Positions 21,462 to 31,369 of a stretch of DNA of 64,000 bases are shown here, piece by piece. Source of the stretch: Bacteroidia bacterium (GTDB lineage: Bacteria > Bacteroidota > Bacteroidia > NS11-12g > UBA9320); NCBI GenBank assembly GCA_965216465.1, contig CBDCFW010000006.1:710440-774439 (forward strand), given 5' to 3'. Below the pieces are notes generated by a model. The model ran no database searches. It had not been told where the DNA came from and was given only the letters and a program-made list of their open reading frames with translations. The position numbers and the translations under genes are program-made. Numbering within the stretch: the stretch's first letter is position 1; the number at the start of each line of letters is the position of its first letter.

Positions 21462-22433
21462 GTCAAATACGGCTTTTAAAAGCGTCTCTCCAACTGCATT
21501 CAAAGACTTCTTGTCAATTGACTCCATGTTGTCTTTGTGTGTATGCCAGAAATCACCAAAGCCAGTTTTGTCACTTGCATTATAATGAATAATATCAAGT
21601 GTAGGAATACCTATTATGGTATTAATAAAGTAGTGGTCATCTACAAGACTTCCTCCTTGATAATTTACAAAAGTACCACCGTGACCTAACGACGCTGCTT
21701 TTTGCCAAACATCTATAACATACGGCTTTGCAAACTGCCATGAGTGACCTTCAACAGCGAATACCGCATCTTTAGGTCCAACCATATCCAACAAAATTCC
21801 ATAGCGAGCTACGTAATTTTCTTGGTGTGGATTTTTCGCCCAATATTGAGATCCCAAGCACCAGGTCTCAGCTCTTCCTTGGCGTTCTCCCATATCTTCG
21901 GCATCAAAGAAAACAATGTCAACACCTGCATCTGGACGTTGTGCCTGAAGCTGCCTTGCAATTTCAATCAATACACCTACACCACTTGCACCATCGTTTG
22001 CACCATCGGCTGGTTCTGTTGGATTGTCTGGGTCTTCATCGGCTTGCGGACGAGTATCCCAATGAGCACAAAGCAAAATGCGCTTGCTTTTCTCCGGGTT
22101 GAATACACCAATTACATTCTTGATTTCAATATTTAGGTTACGAAATCCTGCAATGTTTCCGTGCTGGGTGAAGGCTGTATCACAAAACTTAGCTAATTGA
22201 TTTTGTAAGTAAATAGCACATTCTCCATGTGCCATCGTTCCAGGAACTCTTGGACCAAAATCTACCTGATCTTGAACATATTGATAAGCACTATCTTCAT
22301 TAAAAACAATAGAATATGTTTCTTTTGGTGGCTGTGGATCAACAGGTTGTTCACCCCCTCCACCGTTATTCTCATTCGTTGTATTGCAAGCTGCCAGTAC
22401 AAGCAGTACCAATAATTTTATTGAATTTCTCAT
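21456..22433 (-). CDS. M28-family zinc enzyme, glutaminyl-peptide cyclotransferase-like lipoprotein
   Basis: Lipobox LVLAAC. Motifs LLCAHWDTRP and VFFDAEDMGE resemble the Asp and Glu zinc-ligand segments of animal-type QC/M28 enzymes. 325 aa. Confidence 0.5.
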   Translation of the reverse strand: MRNSIKLLVLLVLAACNTTNENNGGGGEQPVDPQPPKETYSIVFNEDSAYQYVQDQVDFGPRVPGTMAHGECAIYLQNQLAKFCDTAFTQHGNIAGFRNLNIEIKNVIGVFNPEKSKRILLCAHWDTRPQADEDPDNPTEPADGANDGASGVGVLIEIARQLQAQRPDAGVDIVFFDAEDMGERQGRAETWCLGSQYWAKNPHQENYVARYGILLDMVGPKDAVFAVEGHSWQFAKPYVIDVWQKAASLGHGGTFVNYQGGSLVDDHYFINTIIGIPTLDIIHYNASDKTGFGDFWHTHKDNMESIDKKSLNAVGETLLKAVFDL

Positions 22434-23908
22434 TAATTTAGTTTGTAAGAACTTCCTTCTTTGCCGTCCATAATTTCAATTCCAGCTGCTTTCAAGTCGT
22501 CTCGAATTTTATCAGCAGTAGCCCAGTCTTTATTGGTTTTCGCTTCAGATCTGATATCTAAAACCAGTTGCATTACCGCATCAATTTTATCTGAATTGCC
22601 TGAATCTTCCATCTTCAACCCAAGAATTACAAAAACAAAGTCGTTGAAAGTTCTTTGTAACAACTCTAAATCTGTTGCATTTATTTTAAGCTTCCCTGCA
22701 TCAATCTCGTTAATCCATTTTGAGGCATCAAACAATGCTGCAACAACCTGCGGGGTTGCCAGGTCTTCATTCATTAGATCGTACAGCTTGGTTCTCCACG
22801 CTTCAACATCAATGTCACTAGCATCAGAAGGTTTTAATCCATTCAATTTCCCAGCGGCACTCATTAGTCTTTTGTATCCTTTTTCAGCTGCAAGCAACGC
22901 TTCGTTTGAGAAGTCTAATGTACTTCTGTAATGAGCTTGCAATAAGAAGAAACGCAAGGTCATCGGACCATATGCCTGGTCTAACAAGTGATGGTTACCC
23001 GAAAACAACTCTTCAATCAAAATTCCATTGTTCAGGCTCTTGGCCATTTTTTGACCGTTAATGGTAATCATGTTGTTATGCAGCCAGTAGTTTACAGGTT
23101 GCTTATGATTACATGCTGTGCTTTGTGCAATTTCACTTTCGTGATGAGGGAATAATAAATCCATTCCACCTGCGTGAATATCAAATTGACCCCCTAGATA
23201 TTTTCTTCCCATCGCAGAGCACTCCAAATGCCATCCTGGAAATCCAGCTCCCCAAGGGCTATTCCAACGCATGATGTGTTCTGGACTCGCCTTTTTCCAA
23301 AGTGCAAAGTCATTTGGGTTCTTTTTCTCATCCTGACCCTCAAGTGTTCTCCGCTCTTCTCCAGCACCCGCAATTAGGTCTTCTATCTTTCTTCCGCTTA
23401 ACTTTCCATAGTCATTGGTTTCGGCATACTTTATCACATCAAAATAAACCGAGCCATTACTCTCATAGCCAAATCCCGCTGCAATGATTTCTTCGATCAT
23501 TTCAATTTGCTCAATGATATGACCAGAAGCACGTGGCTCAATGCTAGGAGGAAGAATATTCATCTTATTTAATGCATTGTGATAGGCATTTGTATAGACT
23601 TGAACTACTTCCATTGGCTCAATTTGATTGAGCTTGGCGATTTTTCCAATTTTGTCTTCACCTTCGTCTGCATCGTTCACCAAATGGCCAACATCGGTAA
23701 TGTTTCTCACATAGCGAACTTTAAAATCCTTATGAGTCAAATAACGGAAAAGCACATCCATTAACACAGCTCCACGACTGTGCCCTAAATGTGGGTCTCC
23801 ATAAACTGTAGGACCACATAAATACATTCCTACAAACGGTGGGTTTATGGGTTTAAACTCTTCGATGCTCCTAGAAAGTGTATTGTATAATTTGAGTCCT
23901 TTTGACAT
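22433..23908 (-). CDS. cysS: Cysteine--tRNA ligase
   Basis: HIGH motif (PHLGHSRG) and KMSKS motif (KMAKSLNN); 491 aa. Confidence 0.9.
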   Translation of the reverse strand: MSKGLKLYNTLSRSIEEFKPINPPFVGMYLCGPTVYGDPHLGHSRGAVLMDVLFRYLTHKDFKVRYVRNITDVGHLVNDADEGEDKIGKIAKLNQIEPMEVVQVYTNAYHNALNKMNILPPSIEPRASGHIIEQIEMIEEIIAAGFGYESNGSVYFDVIKYAETNDYGKLSGRKIEDLIAGAGEERRTLEGQDEKKNPNDFALWKKASPEHIMRWNSPWGAGFPGWHLECSAMGRKYLGGQFDIHAGGMDLLFPHHESEIAQSTACNHKQPVNYWLHNNMITINGQKMAKSLNNGILIEELFSGNHHLLDQAYGPMTLRFFLLQAHYRSTLDFSNEALLAAEKGYKRLMSAAGKLNGLKPSDASDIDVEAWRTKLYDLMNEDLATPQVVAALFDASKWINEIDAGKLKINATDLELLQRTFNDFVFVILGLKMEDSGNSDKIDAVMQLVLDIRSEAKTNKDWATADKIRDDLKAAGIEIMDGKEGSSYKLN

Positions 23909-23933
23909 GTGTGCAAAAATACACCTGCTTATC

Positions 23934-24506
23934 CTATTTCCGATAAACTACTTTTTCCTTCCAACCTGACCGTTGCCTATTAGGTAAATCATCGTAGTCT
24001 TTTATTGTTCCAACATAAAAAATACCTAGGCACCGTTCATCCGAATCAAGATTTAAAAAGTTATGAAATTGTGGCCCAAGGCTATAATTAGGTGTACTCC
24101 AATACCCTCCATACTTTTCAGTAGAAGAAAGATAGGTCCACATATTTTGAACAGCCATTGCCACAGCGGCAATCTCTTCAAACTCAGGAATTATTTCGTG
24201 ACGTTTCATGCATATCGCTACAATATGACTCACTTGGTCTTTACGCTCATCAAACTGCTGAACTTTAGCGGGTTTAAATTTTGAGGCATCCGTTTCCTTT
24301 ACATAACACGTTTTGCAAAGCTCGAGTAAGTCGTTTTTGGCTTGGCCTTCATATACATGAAATCGCCAGGGCTCCGTGTGCTTGTGAGTAGGAGCCCAAT
24401 TTGCCATTTCAAGCATCTTGTCAATAATGTTATTCGGCACAATTTCTCCTGAAAACTGTTTAGGATAGATTGCTCTTCGGTTTACAATAGCTTCTTCTAT
24501 GTTCAT
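23934..24506 (-). CDS. Nitroreductase-family protein
   Basis: NAD(P)H nitroreductase fold features ([13 protein letters not shown]...[15 protein letters not shown]). The ORF-track start at 24539 adds 11 aa; the likely start is MNIEEAI at 24506. Confidence 0.6.
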   Translation of the reverse strand: MNIEEAIVNRRAIYPKQFSGEIVPNNIIDKMLEMANWAPTHKHTEPWRFHVYEGQAKNDLLELCKTCYVKETDASKFKPAKVQQFDERKDQVSHIVAICMKRHEIIPEFEEIAAVAMAVQNMWTYLSSTEKYGGYWSTPNYSLGPQFHNFLNLDSDERCLGIFYVGTIKDYDDLPNRQRSGWKEKVVYRK

Positions 24507-24564
24507 ATCAACCAATTTTATTGTGCTATAAGCAAACAAATTTATTAATACGACGTACTATTAG

Positions 24565-24572
24565 TAGTTTTG
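24565..24572 (+). promoter_or_regulatory. Candidate Bacteroidetes sigma-A -7 element (TAnnTTTG) for sodA
   Basis: TAGTTTTG sits 27 nt upstream of the sodA ATG and matches the Bacteroidetes -7 consensus TAnnTTTG. Confidence 0.35.
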
Positions 24573-24598
24573 TTCATCATTAATTAAAAAAAGAAATT

Positions 24599-25201
24599 AT
24601 GTCATTTGAATTACCAAGTTTGCCTTATGCACATGACGCATTAGAGCCACACATTGATACACGTACCATGGAAATTCACCATGGAAAGCACCATGCTGGC
24701 TACACCAATAATTTAAACAACGCAATAGCAGGAACTGATTTAGAAGGAAAATCTATCGAAGATATCCTGACCAATCTTGATATGTCTAACAATGCAGTTC
24801 GTAACAACGGTGGAGGATTTTACAACCACTCATTGTTCTGGTCTGTTATGAGTCCAAACGGTGGAGGAACACCTTCAGGAGACTTAGGTGCTGCAATTGA
24901 TCGCGACTTTGGAAGCTTCGATGCTTTTAAAGATGCCTTCTCAAAAGCAGCTGCAACACGATTCGGTTCAGGATGGGCTTGGCTTTGTGTTAAAGACGGA
25001 AAATTAGAAGTTTGTTCAAGTGCAAACCAAGACAATCCTTTAATGGATGGAATTGGTTGCGGAGGAACACCTATTCTTGGATTAGACGTTTGGGAGCATG
25101 CATACTACCTAAACTATCAAAACAGAAGACCAGATTACGTTTCAGCATTCTTTAACGTAATTAACTGGGATGAAGTTGCTCGCAGATTTGCTGCAGCATA
25201 A
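24599..25201 (+). CDS. sodA: Fe/Mn superoxide dismutase
   Basis: [25 protein letters not shown]...DVWEHAYY canonical Fe/Mn-SOD motifs. Confidence 0.9.
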   Translation: MSFELPSLPYAHDALEPHIDTRTMEIHHGKHHAGYTNNLNNAIAGTDLEGKSIEDILTNLDMSNNAVRNNGGGFYNHSLFWSVMSPNGGGTPSGDLGAAIDRDFGSFDAFKDAFSKAAATRFGSGWAWLCVKDGKLEVCSSANQDNPLMDGIGCGGTPILGLDVWEHAYYLNYQNRRPDYVSAFFNVINWDEVARRFAAA

Positions 25202-25224
25202 TCATCTAACACATATTTATTGAG

Positions 25225-25259
25225 AACCCAGATGCTTTTGTATCTGGGTTTTTATTTTT
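25225..25259 (+). terminator. Rho-independent terminator of sodA
   Basis: AACCCAGAT-gcttttgt-ATCTGGGTT followed by TTTATTTTT. Confidence 0.7.
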
Positions 25260-25264
25260 GTAAC

Positions 25265-25750
25265 ATGAAATTCATTCAGTGGTTCGTATATCTTCTATTC
25301 TGTGCGGCACTGATTTGGTTTGCATTTATACGTATTCCAAATCAGGTTGACAACCTTGAACCACAAGAAGATGTGAATGAAGATGAGTTCGCAGAGTTCA
25401 CACAAGAGGAGCTTATTCCTGAAGATGAAAATCTTGAAGAAGAAGCTGTCATAGATAGCTTTGTTGAAGACACCTTTGAGTACACCGACTTTGAATCATT
25501 TGAGGATGAGACCGTAAGTCCTGAACCCGAAATTCAATCGTATATTGTTGTGGCAGGAAGCTTCGGAACGCAATCTAACGCCGATAAAATGGTCAACCAG
25601 CTTTCTAACCAAGGCGTCAATGCCGAAGTTCAAGAAATTGGAGGAATGTTTCGCGTAATTGTAGGATCAGGAAACTCGATGGTAGAGGCTAATGCCATAG
25701 TAAATGACATGAGCTCTTCTGGAATTCAATCTTTCGTTATGAAGCGTTAA
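25265..25750 (+). CDS. SPOR-domain membrane protein with acidic linker
   Basis: N-terminal TM helix, Glu/Asp-rich linker and C-terminal SPOR-like domain (YIVVAGSFGTQSNADKMVNQL...FRVIVGSG). The ORF-track start at 25220 would include the sodA terminator; start moved to MKFIQ at 25265. Confidence 0.55.
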   Translation: MKFIQWFVYLLFCAALIWFAFIRIPNQVDNLEPQEDVNEDEFAEFTQEELIPEDENLEEEAVIDSFVEDTFEYTDFESFEDETVSPEPEIQSYIVVAGSFGTQSNADKMVNQLSNQGVNAEVQEIGGMFRVIVGSGNSMVEANAIVNDMSSSGIQSFVMKR

Positions 25751-27393
25751 AACTGGGTAGCCACTGTAAATCGAAGACCACTAAACGCTGGCTCTAATCT
25801 ACAAATACCCCCTGTACAGTTTACACCCTCTACTTGTTTAACATATGCAGCAGTAAACGAGGTCGTTTTTACATTGTATTTCACAAATACCGTTGGGTAG
25901 TGTAACACTTGATCGGCCAATGTTGGATTCACTTTTCGAACTGGTGCAGTGTTAATCATGTCGCTAAGTGCCACAGTGAAATGCGGAGAACTGTTCCATT
26001 CCAATATCCCATGGAAGAAGCTTCCAAGATCTTGCTCAGTATTCAAGTACTGGAATTCGAATCTAAAACTGTTCTTTCTGTTAAGCTTGTATGTCACCTC
26101 GCCAAAAGGAGTAAAGGTTTCAACGTTTGGGTAAGCTGTATCCTTTCCTTCATAAATAGGTTGGTTATAGATAACCCCTTGAAGTCCAATTTTTCCTTTC
26201 CATTTTCTGTTAATCTTATGCGAAACTTGGAAGAAACGCTCACTGAATAATTGCTCTCCGTCAAGTTTCTTGATGTCAGAGTAATTTGCTTGGAAACTTG
26301 TTTTCTTATTTGGCGAATAGATAATCTCTGCTTGGTATGCTTGTTCGCCCAAAAACTGAGCTGGTGCCTGGTACCTTGCTAACATTCTGTAACTTGCTTG
26401 ACGGGTAAATGAAGGTTGGTAGGTTACAATTCCATTCAATAAAGTCACATAAGGAGAAACTGTTAACGGGAAGTTTTCAACCCTACGGTATTGTGCATTA
26501 ATTCCTAAGCCTCCTTTTTTTTCTGCACCAAGCTTTCTTTTTGAATAACTGATTCCTCCTAAAATAATCGAACCGTCACTAAAGAATAGTTCACCAATAT
26601 TATCACGAATTGCTTCACCAGTTTTGTAGTTATACTCTCCCATAAAGCCAAAGTCTTTCCAGTTTAAGTCGAAATATGCGTTTACACCATAAACATTATA
26701 CTTCGGATAGAACTTTTGGCTGTCTGGCAATACATTAATCTCGGTAACCAATTGAGAGAGAGTAATTTCGTCAAGGGTTCTATTCAACCCTGAAGCTCCA
26801 ATATTAAGTACCGTTCCGTTCTCAAAGCTGAAACCTTTTTCGGTGTTAATCCCTTTTATGATTTGAGGTGAAGTACCAAATCGATTGTCTTGAAAACCTT
26901 TTTGTTTTCCCGTAAATGCCTTAACGCTAAACGTAGGACTGATTTGATATTTAGCTCGAACACCTTCCATTGCATAATCAATACCAATTAGTCTATTCTC
27001 ATAAGCTCTGAACAACATTCCAGACCCAAACTGATCATAAAATGACCCTGCTGTTATTTCTAAGTCTCCTATACTTTTCTTCACTTGCCAAAAGCCAAGT
27101 CCTTGTCCGGTGAATGAAGATGAAGGATTAAGCAGGTTACTGTTGTTAAAAAGGTCATAACGTGCCCCAATGTGGAAGCCTTTAATATCGTAGTTCAAAA
27201 ACAACCATGCTTCAGCTGAACTTATTTGCTTGCCGTATTGAGGCGAAGCAGCATCAGTAGCTCCAATGAGCGAGTCTTTAAGAAATACTGAATAGTTTGA
27301 TTGAAAATTTCCACTTAAAACGCCTTTATCTTGAGCTACAACTGAAGTCGAAATAAAGTACAAAACAGAGAGAATAAAGATGTTCTTCTTCAT
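25747..27393 (-). CDS. Outer-membrane beta-barrel protein (porin-like), function unknown
   Basis: Signal peptide MKKNIFILSVLYFISTSVVA|Q; alternating amphipathic strands; C-terminal ...FTVATQF. The ORF-track start at 27432 is trimmed to MKKN at 27393. Confidence 0.5.
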   Translation of the reverse strand: MKKNIFILSVLYFISTSVVAQDKGVLSGNFQSNYSVFLKDSLIGATDAASPQYGKQISSAEAWLFLNYDIKGFHIGARYDLFNNSNLLNPSSSFTGQGLGFWQVKKSIGDLEITAGSFYDQFGSGMLFRAYENRLIGIDYAMEGVRAKYQISPTFSVKAFTGKQKGFQDNRFGTSPQIIKGINTEKGFSFENGTVLNIGASGLNRTLDEITLSQLVTEINVLPDSQKFYPKYNVYGVNAYFDLNWKDFGFMGEYNYKTGEAIRDNIGELFFSDGSIILGGISYSKRKLGAEKKGGLGINAQYRRVENFPLTVSPYVTLLNGIVTYQPSFTRQASYRMLARYQAPAQFLGEQAYQAEIIYSPNKKTSFQANYSDIKKLDGEQLFSERFFQVSHKINRKWKGKIGLQGVIYNQPIYEGKDTAYPNVETFTPFGEVTYKLNRKNSFRFEFQYLNTEQDLGSFFHGILEWNSSPHFTVALSDMINTAPVRKVNPTLADQVLHYPTVFVKYNVKTTSFTAAYVKQVEGVNCTGGICRLEPAFSGLRFTVATQF

Positions 27394-27453
27394 ATTGAGG
27401 CTGTAAAAGTAAATATTTCTGCAATTACACACTATTTTACTTTTTTTTGAAGC

Positions 27454-28260
27454 GTGAATGTAAAAGAACTGGTACAGGAGATTAGAAAGAAGAAAAGTTT
27501 CTTATGTGTTGGATTAGACACCGACATCTCCAAACTTCCGAGCTCCATTTCGAAAGATGCAAGTGGAATTCTAGAATTTAACAAGCAAATTATTGAAGCC
27601 ACAAAAGATTACGCTGTTGCGTACAAACTAAACACTGCTTTTTATGAGCAGCTAGGAAGTGAGGGCTGGAAGATTCTTGAGAAAACCAGAGAAATGTTAC
27701 CTTCAAATGTATTGTCAATTGCTGATGCAAAGCGTGGAGACATTGGCAATACGAGTACAATGTATGCTAAAGCCTTTTTCGAGACCATGGATTTTGATGC
27801 TCTAACTGTTGCTCCATACATGGGATTTGATAGTGTAGAACCTTTCTTGAAGTTCGATAACAAGATTACGATTGTTTTAGGCCTAACCTCAAATAAAGGA
27901 AGCCTTGACTTTCAAACCAATGAACGATACAATCCACCATTGTACAAAACCGTACTTGAACGAGTTTCAAGCTGGGGAAGTACTGATAATCTCATGTTTG
28001 TTGTTGGTGCAACAAAAGCCACTGCGTTACAAGAGATTCGAAGCATTGTTCCGGACCATTTCCTTTTAATTCCAGGAGTTGGAGCTCAAGGCGGTAGTGC
28101 TGTTGAAGTTTGTGAGAATGGGACAAACAATCATGGCGGTTTATTAATCAATTCATCAAGAGGTATAATTTATGCATCCCCCAACGAGGATTTTGCTGAA
28201 GTTGCAAGAAGAGAAGCTGAAATGCTTGCCTTGCAAACAGCTCCTTTTGCAGGGGAATAA
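27454..28260 (+). CDS. pyrF: Orotidine-5'-phosphate decarboxylase (type 2)
   Basis: LCVGLDTD...ADAKRGDIGNT motifs; 268 aa. Confidence 0.8.
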   Translation: MNVKELVQEIRKKKSFLCVGLDTDISKLPSSISKDASGILEFNKQIIEATKDYAVAYKLNTAFYEQLGSEGWKILEKTREMLPSNVLSIADAKRGDIGNTSTMYAKAFFETMDFDALTVAPYMGFDSVEPFLKFDNKITIVLGLTSNKGSLDFQTNERYNPPLYKTVLERVSSWGSTDNLMFVVGATKATALQEIRSIVPDHFLLIPGVGAQGGSAVEVCENGTNNHGGLLINSSRGIIYASPNEDFAEVARREAEMLALQTAPFAGE

Positions 28261-29543
28261 TGAAGTTTAGATATAACGAAGACCTCCTACAATTTATATG
28301 GAAGTATCAATTATTTGATCATCAAAAACTAGAAACCACAGATGGAGAACCCCTTCTGGTGTTCAAACCTGGGATACTAAATTTTAACAGTGGACCAGAT
28401 TTCGAGTTTGCCGAAATTAAAATTGGCAAAACCATTTTTCATGGCTCAATCGAAATTCATCTTAAAGACTCTCAATGGTATGCCCATAATCACCAAAACG
28501 ACCCGCAATATGAAAACGTGATTTTGCATGTTTGTTTGAGCGCAAAAACCAAAGTACTGAGGTTCGATAAAACCCCAATTCCGACTTTAGTTCTCAAAAG
28601 TCGCATCAACCTTCAAGCCGTCTCCAGATATCAAAATATGATGGCTAACCAAACCTTTATTCCATGCGAAAATCAAATTAACAGCATAAAAGATTTTGAC
28701 GTTCGCAACTATATGGATCGTCTTGTTGCTGAACGCCTTGAATCAAAATGTGCATTGTTTAGAGCTTATCTGAAAAGTGCCAAGGGCAACTGGAATGATG
28801 TAAAATATTTCGCCTTAGTTTCCGCGTTCGGAATGCCCATTAACACCTTAGCTTTTGAAGAATTGGCCATGAAACTTCCGTATCAAATTGTGCTACGTTG
28901 CAACTCCCAATTTCAAGTCGAAGCCCTTTTGTTTGGAATGTGTAATCTTCTAAAAAATAATGTAGATGAGTACCAAACCTCATTAAACCAAGAGTTTAGT
29001 TTCTTGAGCACAAAGTACAATATCAGATCGATAGATTCCGCAATTAAAATGGGCCGAATGAGACCCAATAACTTACCAACCATTCGCCTTGCTCAATTGG
29101 CAGCTTTACTTTATCAATTGCCTCAAGTAGTGTATGCAACAAACGAAGTGTTGACCACTCAATTAATTAAGCTACTTGGTTCTGTCACTCCTTCAACATA
29201 CTGGTTAACCCATTATTCGCTTGGCAAAACCTCTAAAGCAAAACCTAAAAACCTATCTCCTCAATTTGTTAATCACTTAATCATAAACGTGTTTATTGCC
29301 TTCACTTTCTTTTATGATCAACATCATTCCGAAAATTCGGGTAATCGTGTTTATGCACAATTGGTTTCTATGCCTCCAGAAGATAATTCGATTGTACGCA
29401 AGTGGAAATCGATAGGAGTTTGCTGTGAAACTGCATTAGAATCTCAAGCTTTGCTACATTTGTACAAGACTAAGTGCAATAAAAAGCTTTGCTTGCAATG
29501 CAATATTGGTCACAAACTTCTGTTAAATAAAGAAGATGGATAG
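28260..29543 (+). CDS. DUF2851-family protein
   Basis: 427 aa; N-terminal MKFRYNEDLLQFIWKYQLFD typical of Bacteroidetes DUF2851; conserved pyrF-DUF2851-pspC arrangement. Confidence 0.5.
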   Translation: MKFRYNEDLLQFIWKYQLFDHQKLETTDGEPLLVFKPGILNFNSGPDFEFAEIKIGKTIFHGSIEIHLKDSQWYAHNHQNDPQYENVILHVCLSAKTKVLRFDKTPIPTLVLKSRINLQAVSRYQNMMANQTFIPCENQINSIKDFDVRNYMDRLVAERLESKCALFRAYLKSAKGNWNDVKYFALVSAFGMPINTLAFEELAMKLPYQIVLRCNSQFQVEALLFGMCNLLKNNVDEYQTSLNQEFSFLSTKYNIRSIDSAIKMGRMRPNNLPTIRLAQLAALLYQLPQVVYATNEVLTTQLIKLLGSVTPSTYWLTHYSLGKTSKAKPKNLSPQFVNHLIINVFIAFTFFYDQHHSENSGNRVYAQLVSMPPEDNSIVRKWKSIGVCCETALESQALLHLYKTKCNKKLCLQCNIGHKLLLNKEDG

Positions 29544-29754
29544 ATTAAAGAATTTCATAGAACAGCGAGCTTTTGGTGTTTGCACCTATTTAGGCGAGAA
29601 ATTTAGCATCAGTTCTAATCGAATTCGACTCTACTTCATCTATGCCTCATTCTTCACCTTGGGCAGTCCTATCATTATCTACTTTATTTTAGCTTTCTGG
29701 TTGAATATCAGGAGTTACATTGTTGAGCGTAACCGATCTGTTTGGGATTTATAG
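29536..29754 (+). CDS. PspC-domain protein
   Basis: 72 aa; PspC motif RAFGVCTYLGEKFSISSNRIRLYFI plus one TM helix; overlaps the upstream gene by 8 nt. Confidence 0.6.
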   Translation: MDRLKNFIEQRAFGVCTYLGEKFSISSNRIRLYFIYASFFTLGSPIIIYFILAFWLNIRSYIVERNRSVWDL

Positions 29755-29784
29755 GCTGTACTCTTTTCTGTTCACTGCCATTAT

Positions 29785-29805
29785 TTAACGTTAATAAACG
29801 TTAAA
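29785..29805. promoter_or_regulatory. Doubled palindromic operator-like site TTAACGTTAA-ta-AACGTTAA
   Basis: Perfect 10-bp palindrome TTAACGTTAA, followed 2 nt later by AACGTTAA, 24-44 nt upstream of the 29829 ORF. Confidence 0.3.
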
Positions 29806-29828
29806 CACTCTTGCTCTACATTTGAACT

Positions 29829-30284
29829 ATGCAACAACAAATGGCGTTATTCAGAACCACAAAAGGGTTCCAACAAAATCACAAAACAACCGCATTAAAA
29901 TGTCAAAACTGCGGATCAGATTTTTTAGCAAATAGAAGAACTGCAAAGTTCTGTAGCAGCTCATGCAGAAGTCAATTCTGGATGCTAAAGAACCAAAAGA
30001 AGGTTATCACTATTGCAGTACCTTTAGACATCGATGATGCTTATCTTGAAAAAATCAAAAACATGTTGGTTAACTACAAATCAACTACTGATGCTCAAGT
30101 AAGTACAACGTTACACACTTACCACGAGGAAGTATTTGCTACTGAGAAAGATTTAAGATTCTTTATGGCCCAAGCAGGATTCTCAGACTACAAGGTACCT
30201 AAGCATGATATGGGTATTTACTACGATGAAGGCCTAACCATCAAGAAACAAGAAGACGGATGGAAGGTTAAAATCGCGAGCTAA
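29829..30284 (+). CDS. Hypothetical protein with N-terminal C4 zinc-ribbon
   Basis: CQNCGSDF...CSSSC Cys pairs; no other recognisable domain; 151 aa. Confidence 0.4.
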   Translation: MQQQMALFRTTKGFQQNHKTTALKCQNCGSDFLANRRTAKFCSSSCRSQFWMLKNQKKVITIAVPLDIDDAYLEKIKNMLVNYKSTTDAQVSTTLHTYHEEVFATEKDLRFFMAQAGFSDYKVPKHDMGIYYDEGLTIKKQEDGWKVKIAS

Positions 30285-31367
30285 TTATTCGTATACCAAA
30301 TCGACATCGTCAGATAATGGGTGTGCTTGACAAGTAAGCACATATCCTAGGTCGATTTCGGCATCGCTTAATCCTTCGCGTTCATCCATGCTGGCTCTTC
30401 CTGTACGAAGTCTTGCTCTACAAGTAGTGCAAACTCCGACTGTACAACTATAAGGAGGATCTAGTCCTGCATCTTGAGCTGCAATTAAAATCGTTTCTTC
30501 AGGTTTAACTGTAACCTCTTTTTGGGTTCCAAATACCTCGACTTTAATGGTGCGCTCTTTTAACTCTTCATCTTCACCGCCTGCATCCTGATCACTTGTT
30601 GTTGTATCTTCAGATTTAATTGCTGCAGTGAAGTATTCTACTGATATATTTTCGTCACGAACGCCAGTGGCTTTAAGTCCATCTTCAACAACTTTCATCA
30701 TGGCACTCGGACCACATGTAAAGTATTTTGCAGTTGGATAGCTTAAGCCTAATTCGTTTCTGATAATTTCTGAAACTCTACCTTCTGATAAAAAGCCTAC
30801 ATAGCCGTTCCAATCAGCTGGTGGGTTATCTAGACTATAGAATACCTTAAAGTTATCGTTAGCAGCTTCTAAAGCAGCTAATTCATCCTTAAAAATAATG
30901 CTATCAGCATCGGTATTGGCATAAAACAGGTAACACTTACTGTTTGGCTCAGTTATCAATGCCGTTTTGATGATACTGATAAGAGGCGTTATACCACTTC
31001 CTCCACCAAAAAGAAAATAATTGTTAGCAGCAGACGCATTGGGTTCAATTATAAATTTCCCCATTGGAGGCATTACATCGATAATGTCACCTTCCTTCAA
31101 TTGAGTATTTAAGTAAGTACTCATTCTTCCATTCTCTACTTGCTTAACAGCAATTGTAGGGTTAGGATTTGTAACTGGAGATGAACAAACAGAATATGAT
31201 CTTCTTACTTCTTCTCCGTTAATTACAATTGCAAAGGTGAGGTACTGACCTGCTTTGTATTGATACTGGGAACTTAAATGTGGAGGAATATCAAATGTGA
31301 TACTTACCGCATCTTTAGTTTCTCGGTTAATCTTAGCAACTCTTAGTGAGTGAAATCCTGCTGGCAT
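30285..31367 (-). CDS. Ferredoxin-NAD(P)+ reductase-family oxidoreductase with C-terminal 2Fe-2S ferredoxin domain (PaaE-like)
   Basis: FAD-binding RRSYS motif, NAD-binding GGGSGITP, C-terminal CTVGVCTTCR...C 2Fe-2S cluster motif. Confidence 0.7.
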   Translation of the reverse strand: MPAGFHSLRVAKINRETKDAVSITFDIPPHLSSQYQYKAGQYLTFAIVINGEEVRRSYSVCSSPVTNPNPTIAVKQVENGRMSTYLNTQLKEGDIIDVMPPMGKFIIEPNASAANNYFLFGGGSGITPLISIIKTALITEPNSKCYLFYANTDADSIIFKDELAALEAANDNFKVFYSLDNPPADWNGYVGFLSEGRVSEIIRNELGLSYPTAKYFTCGPSAMMKVVEDGLKATGVRDENISVEYFTAAIKSEDTTTSDQDAGGEDEELKERTIKVEVFGTQKEVTVKPEETILIAAQDAGLDPPYSCTVGVCTTCRARLRTGRASMDEREGLSDAEIDLGYVLTCQAHPLSDDVDLVYE

Positions 31368-31369
31368 AT

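Noticed and set aside
21744-22136. 130-aa and 91-aa ORFs antisense to the M28/QC-like gene
   Set aside because: They are nested in the opposite strand of a gene with clear catalytic motifs; no start context and no recognisable domain.
22461-22931. 156-aa ORF antisense to cysS
   Set aside because: Ser/Leu/Ala-rich, low-complexity composition typical of the antisense frame of a conserved gene; it sits fully inside a confidently assigned cysS.
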